Notes: a model not told the origin generated them from the sequence alone. 64,000 nucleotides of DNA from Spirochaetia bacterium (GCA_965203905.1 CBDBDQ010000005.1:4736001-4800000); one strand, 5' to 3'. Shown: positions 10,535 through 22,003, counted from the stretch's first letter. Program-made: numbers and translations.

Positions 10535-12076
10535 GTGAGAAGACTGACAAGCATCCTGACAGGGATGCTGATAGCGGCATCGGTGTTCGGTGCCGGGGAA
10601 GGTGAAGGGGCGGCCGGTGAGGTTGTCGAGGTCACCCACATGGTCGCGGACAGGGGCATCGTGCCGGCTGAAGTAGGAACGCTTCAGGACAACTGGTTCG
10701 TGGACAAGATGAACGAGACGCTCGCCCCGAGCGGAGTGAAAGTCGGAATCGTGGTGTTCCCCAGGGGCGAGTATGGGGCCAAGGTGAACACCATGATGGC
10801 CGCGGGAACGGCGCCGGACGTCATGTGGACATGGAGTGCCGACCAGGTCGGAAAATGGACCCAGGAAGGCGGACTTCTGGATTACGGTGAGTACCTTGAT
10901 GAGCTCGGACCCAACATCCGCAAGCTGTACACCGAGGAGGATCTCGCGACGGGCACATTCTACGGCAAGCTCACGGCGCTGCGGCGCATCCAGACGTGGG
11001 CACAGTGGGCGCGTACGACGCTCGCGCGCCAGGACTATCTCGATGCTCTCGGCCTGGAAGCACCGGAGTCGGTCGGCGAGCTCTATGACGTCCTGGTCGA
11101 ATTGAAAGAAAATGCCGAGGCACTCGGCCACGATCGGGAATCGTTCTATCCGTTCACGATGTGGGGTACAGGTGAATGGTCGTATTACGTGATTCCGGCG
11201 TTCACCGATGGTGAGCCGGCGCCGGAACGGCTCGCGGTTCCGCCCGCGCTCTGGCCTGAGGCCAAGGATGGACTTCGGTACCTCAACAAGCTGTACAACG
11301 AAGGCTTGATGTTCGACGACTCCCTGGATTCCGATTCGAGTATTCGCAAGGCGATAATGATAGATGGGAAGGCCGCCATCATCCCCTGGTGGACTCATGG
11401 GCCGGTTTTCACCGGATACGGGGCCATCTACGAAAAGATGCGGACGGTGAACCCGCACGCTCGCCTGGTGACGATTTTCCCCTGGGGCCAGCAGCCGGGA
11501 GAAAGCAAGCTGTTCTTCAACGTGGGCAGACATGGGCTGATGTTCATTACCCCTTCCGCCACCAAGCATCCGGAGGCGGTAATGACCTACCTCGACTACC
11601 TGGCGTCGGAGGAGGGCTACCGGACGGCTACCATCGGGATCAAGGGAGAACACTGGGAGGAGACTGCAGATGGGGGTTTCAAACGACTCATCGACGAATC
11701 GGCGGTGACCAGGCTGATCTCCTGGATACAGCCCTGTTTCGAGGTGCTTTCGCTGCCCTTCGCACGGGCCAGCCTGAACGCCAAGGTGCTGTATGGAACC
11801 ATGGCTCACGCCGACGAGTTCCTGGTCTGGACCGACGAGGTGGAAGCGGCCGGGAACTACCCGCGTCCCATAATCAACCTTCCGAATCCTGCACGAGATC
11901 GCTACTTCGGCGTGATCGAGGGTGAGTGGCGCGATGCGTTGCCGAAGCTCATCACTGCGCCGGAGTCCGAATTCGATGCGTTGTTCGATGAGGCGGTTGC
12001 CGCGTACCGGGCCAACGGAGGAGACGAAGTAGAGCAGGAGGCTCTTGCCAACTACCGCAAAATTCACGGCCAGTAG
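10535..12076 (+). CDS. Carbohydrate ABC solute-binding protein, copy 2
   Basis: GTG start after GGAGG; colinear and highly similar to 6362-7897. Confidence 0.85.
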   Translation: MRRLTSILTGMLIAASVFGAGEGEGAAGEVVEVTHMVADRGIVPAEVGTLQDNWFVDKMNETLAPSGVKVGIVVFPRGEYGAKVNTMMAAGTAPDVMWTWSADQVGKWTQEGGLLDYGEYLDELGPNIRKLYTEEDLATGTFYGKLTALRRIQTWAQWARTTLARQDYLDALGLEAPESVGELYDVLVELKENAEALGHDRESFYPFTMWGTGEWSYYVIPAFTDGEPAPERLAVPPALWPEAKDGLRYLNKLYNEGLMFDDSLDSDSSIRKAIMIDGKAAIIPWWTHGPVFTGYGAIYEKMRTVNPHARLVTIFPWGQQPGESKLFFNVGRHGLMFITPSATKHPEAVMTYLDYLASEEGYRTATIGIKGEHWEETADGGFKRLIDESAVTRLISWIQPCFEVLSLPFARASLNAKVLYGTMAHADEFLVWTDEVEAAGNYPRPIINLPNPARDRYFGVIEGEWRDALPKLITAPESEFDALFDEAVAAYRANGGDEVEQEALANYRKIHGQ

Positions 12077-12242
12077 GCAGAGTGACTCCTGACCCGCCCG
12101 CCCGTCGCGTCGCCCGCGGTCGGCGCGACGGGCGCGGTGGCAGGACTATCCCACGCTGCGCGAGAAGCCGACTACCGATCGTTGCTCCCGCTGCCCTCGG
12201 ACCGACGCCCGACGGCCCAACTCGCATCCTGGCGAGCGCCGA

Positions 12243-13560
12243 TCACGTGGCCCCGTCTGGCGGCGATCCGTACTCCCGATGCCGGAAACGGTGGTGCGCA
12301 GCACAATGGAGCCTCAAGTTCCGTGGCTCGGCGCTGCCGCCAAGCGCGAAGGGAACGATGTGGTCGAGCTCCAGCAGGAAGCGGGACCCGCAGCGCCGTC
12401 CGCTGTGCGGATCGACGTAACTGCAGCAGCCGCCGTCGCGGCGCCACACCTCGCGCCGCACTGGTACCGGGATGTAGCGGGATCGGCGCGCCCGGTGGGG
12501 CGGCTGCGTACTGCCTCCGGAGGGGCCGGCTGCCTCGGGTTGCGGCCGCGAACGGCCATCGAGCTGCGCCGCCCCTGCCCGCTGCGCCGTTCCTACCCGC
12601 TTCGCTGGCGAAGGAGCGTTGCGACCGCGATCCGCCGTGGCCGTCGCGGTCGGCAAGCTCTGGTCTGCCGGCAACGTCGCTACGGTGGCGTGGGATCCGC
12701 AACCAGCCGCCACCTTCGCTGCCGCTGGCTTGGCACTCACCGGCGTGCTGCTGCCGCAAGTCTCGCGCCCCGCCGGCGGCGCGGACAGTGCTGCCACCGC
12801 CGAGGTGCCGGCGTGGCCGATCCCGCGTGCGGGTTCCTCTGCAGACAGCGCTGCCGGCACTGGGGTGCTGCCACCGGCGCTCGTGCCCTCCGGCGGCGTC
12901 GGCACTCCGGGTTGCTCTTGCGCGCCCCGCTTCGCCAGCGAAGTCGCCCCGCCCGCCGGCCCTTGCTGCGCCTTCGGCTCCGGCGCTTGGCCCGTGCTTG
13001 CCTCTCGGCGCCCGCCTCTGCGCCCGCGCGGCGTCCGCCCCGGGTCGTAGCGCTGCAGGCCGTCCTGCACCAGCCGCTCCACCAACTGCCCCAGCGTCAG
13101 GTGCGGGTCCACGTGCGACAGCAGTGCCCGTAGCTGCTCGATCCCGCACTGACAGGCAGAGTCGATCGCCACCTTCAACTCCCAGCGGCCGTCGCCCAGC
13201 GCGCGCATGCGATCGGCCGGCCGCGCCAGCTCGGGAGCCACCCCGGCCAACAACTGCTTCACCTCGCGGGTGCTCTTGCCGCTCGCCTGCGCCACCAGCT
13301 CCTGCCGCTGCGCCGCGTCCAGCGCCGGCACCGGTGCCGCGGGCGCCGAGCCGGGGTCCACGGGGGCGGTGGCCGTGCGCTGCAGGAGATCGAAGGTGTT
13401 CTGCAACTGCGCCGCCGCGCTCAGGGTGAGCGAGCCGTCTTGCAGCCGCTCGCGTGTCCCGGCGGTATCGGAGCACAGACGCATGGCCTTTATGCGGCGC
13501 CAGGCGGCGCCTTCGCTGTAGCCCAGCTCATGCACCGCGTAGTCGAACAGGCTACTATAT
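12243..13560 (-). pseudogene. DUF222-like/HNH endonuclease protein, 5'-truncated by the island
   Basis: YSSLFDYAVHELGYSEGAAWRRI at the break; C-terminal RDGGCC...LELDHIVP...GG...NLRLHCAAHH HNH motif; sequence switches abruptly to AT-rich DNA at about 13557. Confidence 0.8.
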
Positions 13561-13723
13561 TAGTGTTTCTGGTTGTTCCACTTTGTTCTGTTAAGTAACC
13601 CGTTCACAATCACTTAACCCCAATCAACTGTCCCTTGACGTTTCATCGAATCCTGCATATTTTCATCCATATGGTGCTACCGTAAGTGATAACCAACCAC
13701 CGCGTCAATTCAAGGCCGCGACC

Positions 13724-14902
13724 ATGCCTCAGACACGACCGAAGAGACTGAGCGCTTCCTTCGTCCGCACCGTCAAGCAACCCGGCCGCTACGGCGACGG
13801 CCACGGCGGGCACGGCTTGAGCCTCCTGGTGAAGCCGCGCGCCCACGGCGGCGTGGCCAAGTCATGGAGCCAGCGTCTGCGTATCAACGGCAAGCCATGC
13901 AACATCGGCCTTGGCCCGTTCCCCATCGTCAATCTGGCCGAAGCCCGGGAGGCGGCGCTGGAGAACGCACGGGCCGTCTACCAGGGGCACGACCCGAGGA
14001 AGGGATCGGCCACACCGAGCTTCGACAAGGCCGCTGAGATTGTCGTCGAGATGCACGCCAGCACTTGGCGCAATCCGCGTACCGCCGACATCTGGCGTTC
14101 TTCGTTCAGGCGGTTCGTCTCTCCGCTGATCGGGAGCAAACCGATCGGCGCCGTCACCAGCGCTGACATTCTGTCCGTGCTGACGCCTATCTGGAACGGT
14201 GGGAAGCAAGAGACGGCGAGGCGGCTGCGGCATCGGATCGGCGCGGTGATGCGGTGGTCGATTGGCGCCGGGCACCGGGGTGACAATCCAGCCGGAGATG
14301 CCGTTTCGCAGGTGCTGCCAAAGAACGGAACTGTGCCGAGGAGACACCGGCGGGCGCTTCATCATCGAGAGGTGGCGAGCGCGCTGGCCAAGATTCGGGC
14401 GTCCAACGCCTGGGCAGCGACCAAGCTGCTGCTGGAGTACACGATCTTGACGGCGGCTCGATCCGGAGAGGCTCGGCTTGCTACTTGGAGCGAGGTGGAT
14501 CTACCTGCTGAGGTCTGGACCTTACCTGCCGAGAGAATGAAATCCGGTCGTGAGCATCGGGTGCCGCTGTCAACCCGGGCGCTTGAGTTGCTGATCGAAG
14601 CGCAGAAGCTGTCGGATGGCTCGGACCTGCTGTTTCCGTCGCCGACCGGCAAGGCGCTGAGTAGCGTGACGACAAGATCGCTGTTGAATGGGTCGGGCAT
14701 CGACGCCACGATGCACGGGTTCCGTACGTCGTTCCGGTCCTGGTGCGCGGAGAACGACGAATCGAGGGAGTTGGCCGAGGCGGCGCTTGCGCATGTGGTC
14801 CCAGGTGTCGAAGGTGCCTACATGCGCTCCGACCTGTTCGAGCGGCGGCGCAGATTGATGCAGGCGTGGGCGGACTACTTGGGATGTGCAGGGGCGCGCT
14901 GA
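13724..14902 (+). CDS. P4-family tyrosine integrase
   Basis: N-terminal arm-binding domain (YGDGHGGHGLSLLV), catalytic R (TAARSGE), HGFR, LAH, Y (AYMRSDLFERRR). Confidence 0.93.
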   Translation: MPQTRPKRLSASFVRTVKQPGRYGDGHGGHGLSLLVKPRAHGGVAKSWSQRLRINGKPCNIGLGPFPIVNLAEAREAALENARAVYQGHDPRKGSATPSFDKAAEIVVEMHASTWRNPRTADIWRSSFRRFVSPLIGSKPIGAVTSADILSVLTPIWNGGKQETARRLRHRIGAVMRWSIGAGHRGDNPAGDAVSQVLPKNGTVPRRHRRALHHREVASALAKIRASNAWAATKLLLEYTILTAARSGEARLATWSEVDLPAEVWTLPAERMKSGREHRVPLSTRALELLIEAQKLSDGSDLLFPSPTGKALSSVTTRSLLNGSGIDATMHGFRTSFRSWCAENDESRELAEAALAHVVPGVEGAYMRSDLFERRRRLMQAWADYLGCAGAR

Positions 14903-15032
14903 CGCGGGTGCAACCGGTGTCGCCGTCCTATACGAAAGCACCAGTTACGTGTTGACTATCCACGATGTGGAATGTACGCGTTGAACGCGTGAAGTACACG
15001 GAACGTGTGAGCCATTTGTCCTACTGGCACGA

Positions 15033-15275
15033 GTGCTTATGCGAAAACAATTCCGTTTCGACCGGTCGACAGAATCGGTCATAGATTCCTCTCTCGTAAT
15101 CTTGCGCACGCGAGATGTGCTGGCGCTGCTTGGTGTATCCCGTACTACATTATGGCGACGCGTCCAATCTGGTGACTTCCCGGCGCCTGTCCGGCTCGCG
15201 GGCGAGGGATCACGCGCCGTCGGCTGGCGACGTGAGGATGTCGAGGGATGGTTGGAGGCGCGGCCGAAGGCGTAA
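15033..15275 (+). CDS. alpA: AlpA-family regulator/excisionase
   Basis: ILRTRDVLALLGVSRTTLWRRVQSGDFPAPVRL...AVGW...V..W; directly after the integrase. Confidence 0.88.
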   Translation: MLMRKQFRFDRSTESVIDSSLVILRTRDVLALLGVSRTTLWRRVQSGDFPAPVRLAGEGSRAVGWRREDVEGWLEARPKA

Positions 15276-15868
15276 GCCGTCCCCGTGGCTGCACGGAGAC
15301 CAGAGAGAACCGATTCGGCGGCCGCGTCAGAAAGCGAGTTCGGAACCAGCCGATGCTCACGCTGCGATTGGCGGCGACCAAAGTCGCCGCCAACTACGCG
15401 ACGCGATGCTCCGGTTGGCGTGCCACGGTCCCCTTGGCGATGGAGCGATGGAGCGCGAATGCTGCGTCCATGCGCGCAGCCAACCTGCGGGCCATCGCGT
15501 AACCACGCGCCCGTTGTAAGCTCACCGCGACCGTCACCTCCACCAGGATCGGTATGCGTGCGCCCAGCCGCTCGGCGGCCGGGCGCACCCTCGCAGGCGG
15601 GGAACTCTTGCTGACGGCGCTGCTCAGGGATTCCTCCGGTGGCACGACTGCGACGCTCGTCGCTCACCTGCTTGATGATCTACTTGCACATATCGGTCGC
15701 TCCCGGCCGCACGACGATTCATTCCGCGCTCAAATCAAGATGGATAACCTGATCGCACTTCTTCGCCCCAGCACCTCGCGCCACTCCGCCGCTCGCGAAA
15801 GCGGTGGGTGTAAATATCAAAACGAGGGAATCGAGCGGGTCTGGCGAGGATCCTGGGCACGCGGATGA

Positions 15869-17035
15869 GTGCGGTGACAAAGTGGCACTGGGGCAGCGGT
15901 AGCGGCAACAGGTAGCGGTAGTGCAGGACGAGGATGAACCAAACCCAGCAGGTATGGGCAGCACTCCTACCGGGTACGATGAGGTGGGGAATCGTCCAGG
16001 AAGCCCTCCCTCATCAGGACGCCGAAGGAGTGGCCCGATGCCACTATCGCATACCTGCACTGATGGCGCTACCGGGAACAGCGATCATCTGACCCAGATT
16101 CTCAGCGACTTGGCGACGAACCTGCGGCGACTGTCGCAGGATGCTCCGGCGGAGCAAGACTTGAGCGCTACGAACGGGAGACGCATCAGTCTGTTCGCCG
16201 CCGCCGAGCGGGCGGTGCTGGCGGATGAGTAGGGACGGCTGGATGTAGACCAACCGGAGGTTAGCATCGAGAGGCGCCGCTACCGGAGCGTGTTGCGCGC
16301 CAGCAAGACCTACACCAGCGCAGTGGGCGCGATTCGCTGGCGCGGACTGTTGGCGGCTGGGGGCAGCACCGGCAGTGGCAAGGCGCCAAGGGTCGTCCGG
16401 GGTCGTGGACCGGCGCAGAGTCACGGGATGGGTCGCCAGGAACTTGGGAGGTCCTGTCGCTGCACCGCAGGGGACATCCGGATGTGCGGAGCGCCGGAGA
16501 ACCCAAGACTCCCGGCCCCGACGGCCTTCCGGCCATACGGTCGACAAGGGCATAACTTGAACACGACGTTCAACGTTCTTGGGTTCACCCACCTGTGGTG
16601 GCCATCGCGAATCGGGTGCGCTGGTTGTGCGCCAGATCACCGCCAAGGATCGCTTCGCCCGTGCGGTGAAAGCAGTGAACGTCTGGTGCCGGCACCTGCC
16701 GATTACGGTGCAGCAAGCGCAGCTTGCCCGTGTCATTCGGGGCCACTGTCCCTACTACAGTACAGTAGGCCGGGTAACAGCAAACGAATCGACGCTTCCG
16801 CCGTCGGGTAGTCCGCGTGTGTCACAAGTGACTCTCCCGTCGCAGCCACTCGGACTACCTGAACTGGGATCAAATGACGGCACTTCTTAACCCATACCCA
16901 TTGCCATCGAGCCACGATCCGGCGTGCAAGCCCTGCCGTATGGGCGAATCTGGTATGTAAGAAACCGACTGCGTCAATCGCGCGCGCTCGGGTCTATGAG
17001 GGGCGGAACGTGGTAACGACCCTACCTACTCAGAC
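15869..17035 (+). mobile_element. Degenerate group II intron with a fragmented RT/maturase
   Basis: GTGCG 5' end at 15869 (tentative); RT7/X fragments TFNVLGFTH and RQITAKDRFARAVKAVNVWCR...RGHCPYY; decayed domain V/VI ending CCTACTCAGAC; no YADD left. Confidence 0.7.
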
Positions 17036-17196
17036 CCGCTTACTCTATCCCTCAGACCTTCGACCCAACCGGGACTAACTCATCGCAAACCTTACGATCG
17101 ACATCAGCCGCTCAACGCCAACGAAGTCCATGGTAGTCGCCCCACCATAATCCGGTTACCTTTCGGTCTCCCTCTCTTTCTCCTTATGCTAGTATC

Positions 17197-17643
17197 TTAC
17201 TCGCGATCGGAACCACTGTGGCCCTGCATTTCAAATAACACTGACCGTACATCTCTGCGGCGAACACGAAGACGGCGCGACGAAATAGCATACACAAGAG
17301 AAACCTCACGATCCTCGCCGTTCCCACTAATCCTAGTCAGGCATACCACAGCGTACCTACCGTCATCGTTAAGCAATACAATCCACTTCTCGAGAGGCAC
17401 GAGCACACATTCCTCCGGAAAATAATCTGGCATTTCGAAAGCGGAAGGCTGTGTCTCATTCAACAAACAGAGCCCACTAACATTGAGATAATCGAACTGC
17501 TTTTTGCTGTACATCCATTCAGATTTCCCATCACATGTAGACAGTCCGAATCTGAATTGCTCACGCGGACTGGCGCCGATGACCGCAACACCGTCACCGC
17601 AAAATGTTGCAACTCCTATAGTTCTTATATTCCCAATCTTCAT
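17197..17643 (-). CDS. Hypothetical protein
   Basis: 148-aa ORF in lower-GC cargo, co-oriented with the two upstream ORFs. Confidence 0.5.
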   Translation of the reverse strand: MKIGNIRTIGVATFCGDGVAVIGASPREQFRFGLSTCDGKSEWMYSKKQFDYLNVSGLCLLNETQPSAFEMPDYFPEECVLVPLEKWIVLLNDDGRYAVVCLTRISGNGEDREVSLVYAISSRRLRVRRRDVRSVLFEMQGHSGSDRE

Positions 17644-17686
17644 CCGTTCGAGTCATTATTTGAGTCCATGATACTCCAAGATAATC

Positions 17687-18223
17687 TCAGTCTTGGCTAG
17701 ACGCTGAATCGCGGCTAGATGCTGAAAGTGTCAACAACATCAAGCTGGCGAGTCGAACAAGCGAAGCCAAGCACAATACCACCAGCGGTAGCCAGAGGAT
17801 GTCCCAGACCTCCGCCAGTTCCTCTATGTGGTACATAGTCACCAGAGACGCAAACACTAGCAAGAGCCCGGTGGCAAACGTGAAGCCTAAAATATTCCGG
17901 AAGTCTGAGAGGACTGTCGGGTCGCTACGAATTCGTTGCATGGCCGGAGTATCGAGTCCAATCAGTACTGATATGGACACGCCAACAAACGAACATATTA
18001 TTGAACTGAATGTTACAGTAGAAGAAAGAACTTCGACGGCGTTCTGAGGATTGACGAAACTGAAGGAGAGTATCTGTGGGAATGTTAACCCGTCGTGCTC
18101 GGCAGCTAGCGATCGAAGACGACGGCGGTTCAAAGAAAAAGAGTAGACTGCTGCTAGGACAGGAGGAATCACGAGAACGAACCTGTTGGAGGTTATCTTT
18201 AGAATGGTCATGGAAATATTCAT
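17687..18223 (-). CDS. Hypothetical membrane protein (about 4 TM)
   Basis: Four hydrophobic segments; start overlaps the upstream stop. Confidence 0.6.
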   Translation of the reverse strand: MNISMTILKITSNRFVLVIPPVLAAVYSFSLNRRRLRSLAAEHDGLTFPQILSFSFVNPQNAVEVLSSTVTFSSIICSFVGVSISVLIGLDTPAMQRIRSDPTVLSDFRNILGFTFATGLLLVFASLVTMYHIEELAEVWDILWLPLVVLCLASLVRLASLMLLTLSASSRDSASSQD

Positions 18224-18699
18224 TATTGTTCTCCTTGCTGAGAATTATTTGGTCCGATAAACAAGGAGGTTCCTTCAAGGTCATTGTCATAGATGTGGCT
18301 GAGATCTTCGCGAGGACTCTCGTCTCCTGGAGCAAATATGAAACGTTGCTGACCGGTGTTTCCGGCGCGCCACCGGCCATCTTCCTTCGTTGCGATATAT
18401 ACAGCCGCAAGGCCCAGAACATCCTCCTCAATAGACCAATACTGCAACTCTGTTACCACTTTCAGAAGGGTGTCGTCTGTTGTCGACTCAACGCAAAGAA
18501 ACACAAGCGAACCCTCGCTTAGACGTTCCCTGATAACGAACTTATCGAGAGAATTAAGGTCCGTTACGGACCGTTGTCCCTCATCTAGGCATCTTAGTTC
18601 GTGCGTTATCTCACCCATTGGTAGCGAGTTGGCACATGCTATTGCTGAAACCGCCATCATTAGCATAACGCTGCGTCTCAAAAAGACAGTACTTGCCAT
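18223..18699 (-). CDS. Putative lipoprotein
   Basis: Basic-hydrophobic leader ending SAIAC. Confidence 0.55.
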   Translation of the reverse strand: MASTVFLRRSVMLMMAVSAIACANSLPMGEITHELRCLDEGQRSVTDLNSLDKFVIRERLSEGSLVFLCVESTTDDTLLKVVTELQYWSIEEDVLGLAAVYIATKEDGRWRAGNTGQQRFIFAPGDESPREDLSHIYDNDLEGTSLFIGPNNSQQGEQ

Positions 18700-18748
18700 A
18701 TTATCGTATCATGGACTGAGCGACGGGCGTCCAGAAAGGGCCGGCGCA

Positions 18749-18781
18749 GGGTTGGACAGTAACCGGCGGATCGAACATATT
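18749..18781 (+). promoter_or_regulatory. Sigma70-like promoter, repeated at 23508
   Basis: TGGACA-N17-CATATT followed 4 nt later by ATG; 22 bp identical to 23508-23529. Confidence 0.5.
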
Positions 18782-18870
18782 CCTCATGGCGATAGCAACA
18801 TCCCTCGCGCGGTTCGAAGAAGAGGCCCGTCACCGAGTTACTCCTTTCTTAGGTGTCTCGCCCGCGCCAC

Positions 18871-20304
18871 TGAGGTGTGTTCGGGTCGGTTGGACAGTCC
18901 GCGGGGTAGTGTAGAGTGTATTCCGTTGGTTGTCAACCTACCCCTCCCTCTCTCAAACAGGTGGCGGTAATGGGGGGTGGGGGTCCGGGGACGGGGGTGT
19001 CCAACGCCTGTGGATATGTGAATAAGTCCCCGCTCCCGATGGCCTGACCACCACCTGCCCCGTGGGCTCGGAACTGGCCGCGGCACCCGTTTCTCCACCA
19101 CTACGCCACCTGCTCTCTGGGCAGCCCACCGGCGCGGTACACCTCGTCCGGCGTGCCTCCATCCAACGCCGAGTGGGGTCGCACTTCGTTGTAGAACTTG
19201 AACCACTGTGCAATCACTCGCTGCGCCTCGAAGCCGTCCTCCAGCTCGTGCAGGTACACCGCCTCGTACTTCAGCGAGCGCCACAGCCGTTCGATGAACA
19301 CGTTGTCCAGACAGCACCCGCGGCCATCCATCGAGCACCGTATCCCGCTCCCTTCCAGCATCCCGGTGAAGGCGACACTGGTGAACTGGCTGCCTTGATC
19401 GGTGTTGAAGATCTCCGGCACGCCGCACAGCCTTCCAGCGCCTCTGCCAACGCTTCCAGGCAGAAGCAGGTATCCAACGTGTTACTCAGCCGCCAAGCCA
19501 GCACCCGCCGGCTCGCCCAATCCATCACCGCCACTAGGTAGAAGTAGCCACCCTGCACCGGGATATAGGTGATGTCCGCGCTCCACACCTGATTCGAACG
19601 CTCGATCGTAACTCCTCTCAGCAGATACGGATACACGCGGTGCTCCGGGTTCGCCACGGTGAGCCGCGGCTTGCGGTAGATCGCCTCCAGCCCCAGCAGC
19701 CGCATCAGCCGCCGCACCCGGTGCCGACCTACCTTCACCCGCTCGCGCGCCAAGTGACGCATCATCTGACGGCTGCCGTAGAACGGGTATTTCCAGGTAC
19801 AACTCGTCGATCCGGCGCATCAACGCCAGGGTCTGCGCGCGCTCCCCGAGCGCTCGGTAGTACACCGTCGAGCGGCTCACAGCGAGCAGTTGGCATTGCC
19901 GGCTCACACGCAACCTCTGATGCTCGCGGTCAATCATCCTCACTCGCTCGGCCCGGCTCAGCTCCCGAGCCCGCGCGCTAAAAATCGCGCTCCACGGTCA
20001 ACTCGCCGATCTTGGCGTGCAGGTCGTGCACGATCTCCTCGTGGTCCTTCTGACTGCGCTTGGTGGCGCCGGCGAACACTTCCTCAAGACCCGCCTGCGC
20101 TTGCCGCTTCCACCCTGAGACCTGGTTCGGATGCACTTGATACTTGGCTGCGATCGCCTGGATCGTGCGCTCCCCGCGCAGCGCTTCGGTCGCTACCTTG
20201 GCTTTGAACTGCGCTGTGAATCGGCGTCGTTTCGCCATTCCGTTGGCCCTCCTCATGGCCTGGAATACACTTATCATCCTGCCCGACTTTTCGGGACCAC
20301 CTCA
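18871..20304 (-). mobile_element. IS3-family element (orfA 19978-20277; orfB frameshifted)
   Basis: TGAGGTG...CACCTCA imperfect terminal IRs; orfA HTH; orfB WSADITY, IFNTDQGSQF, DNVFIERLWRSLKYE in three frames. Confidence 0.92.
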
Positions 20305-20670
20305 CTGATCCTCGTGAACCGTGGCGAGCCATCATGTTCGGTATGGACGCAAGACAGTTCGCAATTCCTCGTTGGTTTCAGTTATGTTCACGGATTGGAT
20401 AAAACGATGAATGAAAAACCTAACCACGACACGATTGTTCCAACGGGATTTACCGTTGGGAGCGATGGCTCGGTGACGACTCTTACTTTCGAGACTGGTG
20501 ATAAACCGATAATGCTTCGATTTCCGCATCCAGGTTGGGAAGCACAGAAGGTAGAACTTTGTTTAGTCGCTTACGAGCTTCTGGCGAAATCGGACCCGAG
20601 TGACGCCGGACTCGTGCAACGGTTGGCGATTGATCTTCGCGACGTGATTCAGGACGTACAGACAATGTAA
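20305..20670 (+). CDS. Hypothetical protein, probably the 3' part of a gene starting at 18786 and split by IS3
   Basis: ATG 18786 frame joins this ORF in frame if the IS is removed leaving one CACTG. Confidence 0.45.
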   Translation: MILVNRGEPSCSVWTQDSSQFLVGFSYVHGLDKTMNEKPNHDTIVPTGFTVGSDGSVTTLTFETGDKPIMLRFPHPGWEAQKVELCLVAYELLAKSDPSDAGLVQRLAIDLRDVIQDVQTM

Positions 20671-20964
20671 GACCTCCACAGTCCCCCTCGTAGGGGTTGG
20701 GATTGATCGCAAAGTATTCCGCCACAAGGCGGGAAGGAGGGAACGTTCCATAATCATAGCAGCACTGATTGTGCTGGTCGCTACGGCGGGACTCGCCGTG
20801 AAAGAGACATAAACAAACCTCCCACGTCCCCGCCCCGGGGAAGGGAGGTTGGAATTGACAGTTTCGAAAAACAATGATTGAGCCTCTAAAGGAGGGAGTA
20901 TATGTCACGAGTGACGCTCTTGTTCTTGTTCGTTTGTACCTTGGCCTCACCTTAAGATACAACC

Positions 20965-21423
20965 GTGGTCGAACCTGGGATGTTAGTGTACTTATTCAGG
21001 TTCTCCAATAGTGCTGACGCGGTCGAAGAAATCCTCAACCATACTCTTGTTGTTGGCACCGATACATCGGCCATGACTGCCGATCGCAGCAGCGCAGTAG
21101 CGAATACAACGACAGTGACACACATCACTTACGATTCTACATCCGACGTCTATTTCATTCTTGACGAAGATGGGAATGTTACAAACGTCGAAGAGGTGCC
21201 ACACGGCGAGAAACCGAAATTCGGAGATAAATTTAAGAAAGTTGCGGAAAAGGGTTTGTTTCTTTTTGAAGCGGCCGGTGATGTGGTCGAATTTCTCTCT
21301 TTCGCTTTATGCAGACATGGTGTGACACACGATCTCGATGTGTATTTCGCACCGCCAATACCTGTGGGTGTGGGAACGACGGCTACCCTAAAGGTCGAAC
21401 GTCAATGCGATGACGGGCCATAG
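20965..21423 (+). CDS. Hypothetical protein
   Basis: 152-aa ORF in lower-GC cargo; start uncertain. Confidence 0.45.
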   Translation: MVEPGMLVYLFRFSNSADAVEEILNHTLVVGTDTSAMTADRSSAVANTTTVTHITYDSTSDVYFILDEDGNVTNVEEVPHGEKPKFGDKFKKVAEKGLFLFEAAGDVVEFLSFALCRHGVTHDLDVYFAPPIPVGVGTTATLKVERQCDDGP

Positions 21424-21485
21424 TTGGCCGGAATGGTTGACCGGTTGGGAATGTACATGCTATATTCCCAACTGGAGGATAGGTA

Positions 21486-21779
21486 ATGAGCAGCGATATA
21501 CACTTCGACAACTACACCGATCATCAGACGTCGATGGCTTTCGTGCTGACGACGACGGTTCTGATCGCAAATGCCGATGACACCGAATTGGTGCAAAAGG
21601 TTCGTGACAAACTCGCTAATCTTGGTTCAAAACACACCGGAGGAAATGATGACTTCGCGGCAGCCCTTCAGTTGTCCAGGGAAATCATCGATTATACTGA
21701 AGGAATAGTGTTACCAGGACAGGCTTTCGACGTGACGTTAGGGTTTTCTTTTCCTCCGCCGCCAAAAAAGACAAAATAA
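21486..21779 (+). CDS. Hypothetical protein
   Basis: 97-aa ORF with GGAGG RBS. Confidence 0.55.
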   Translation: MSSDIHFDNYTDHQTSMAFVLTTTVLIANADDTELVQKVRDKLANLGSKHTGGNDDFAAALQLSREIIDYTEGIVLPGQAFDVTLGFSFPPPPKKTK

Positions 21780-22003
21780 CCGAATCTAAGATACCCGCAG
21801 ACACGGCTTTTGTAGCGTGTGCTCAGACGGCGGCAAACCGGCTGCGCGATAAACCTGGAATGGCGCAAGCTCTGGAAGTGCTTGCTCAACACATGCGGGA
21901 CAGGGCGTTGGCGTTTGTTCCAAATATGATCGAGGGAGAGCAAGCAAAATTGTTTGTCTTAATTGGGTCAATCCGGGAAGACTTAACACCTCCCACTGAG
22001 TCG

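Noticed and set aside
2427-12067. Long antisense ORFs (e.g. 4541-6340, 10481-12067; likewise 48354-50168)
   Set aside because: Shadow frames of GC3-rich genes on the opposite strand, with no motifs of their own
13682-13694. GTAAGTGATAACC (and CCTGATCACTTAT at 62341) as IS1595-type ends
   Set aside because: Short resemblance only; no partner end or target duplication found
15869-17035. Active retroelement (retron, DGR or intron RT)
   Set aside because: Only frameshifted group II intron fragments remain, and the catalytic core is deleted
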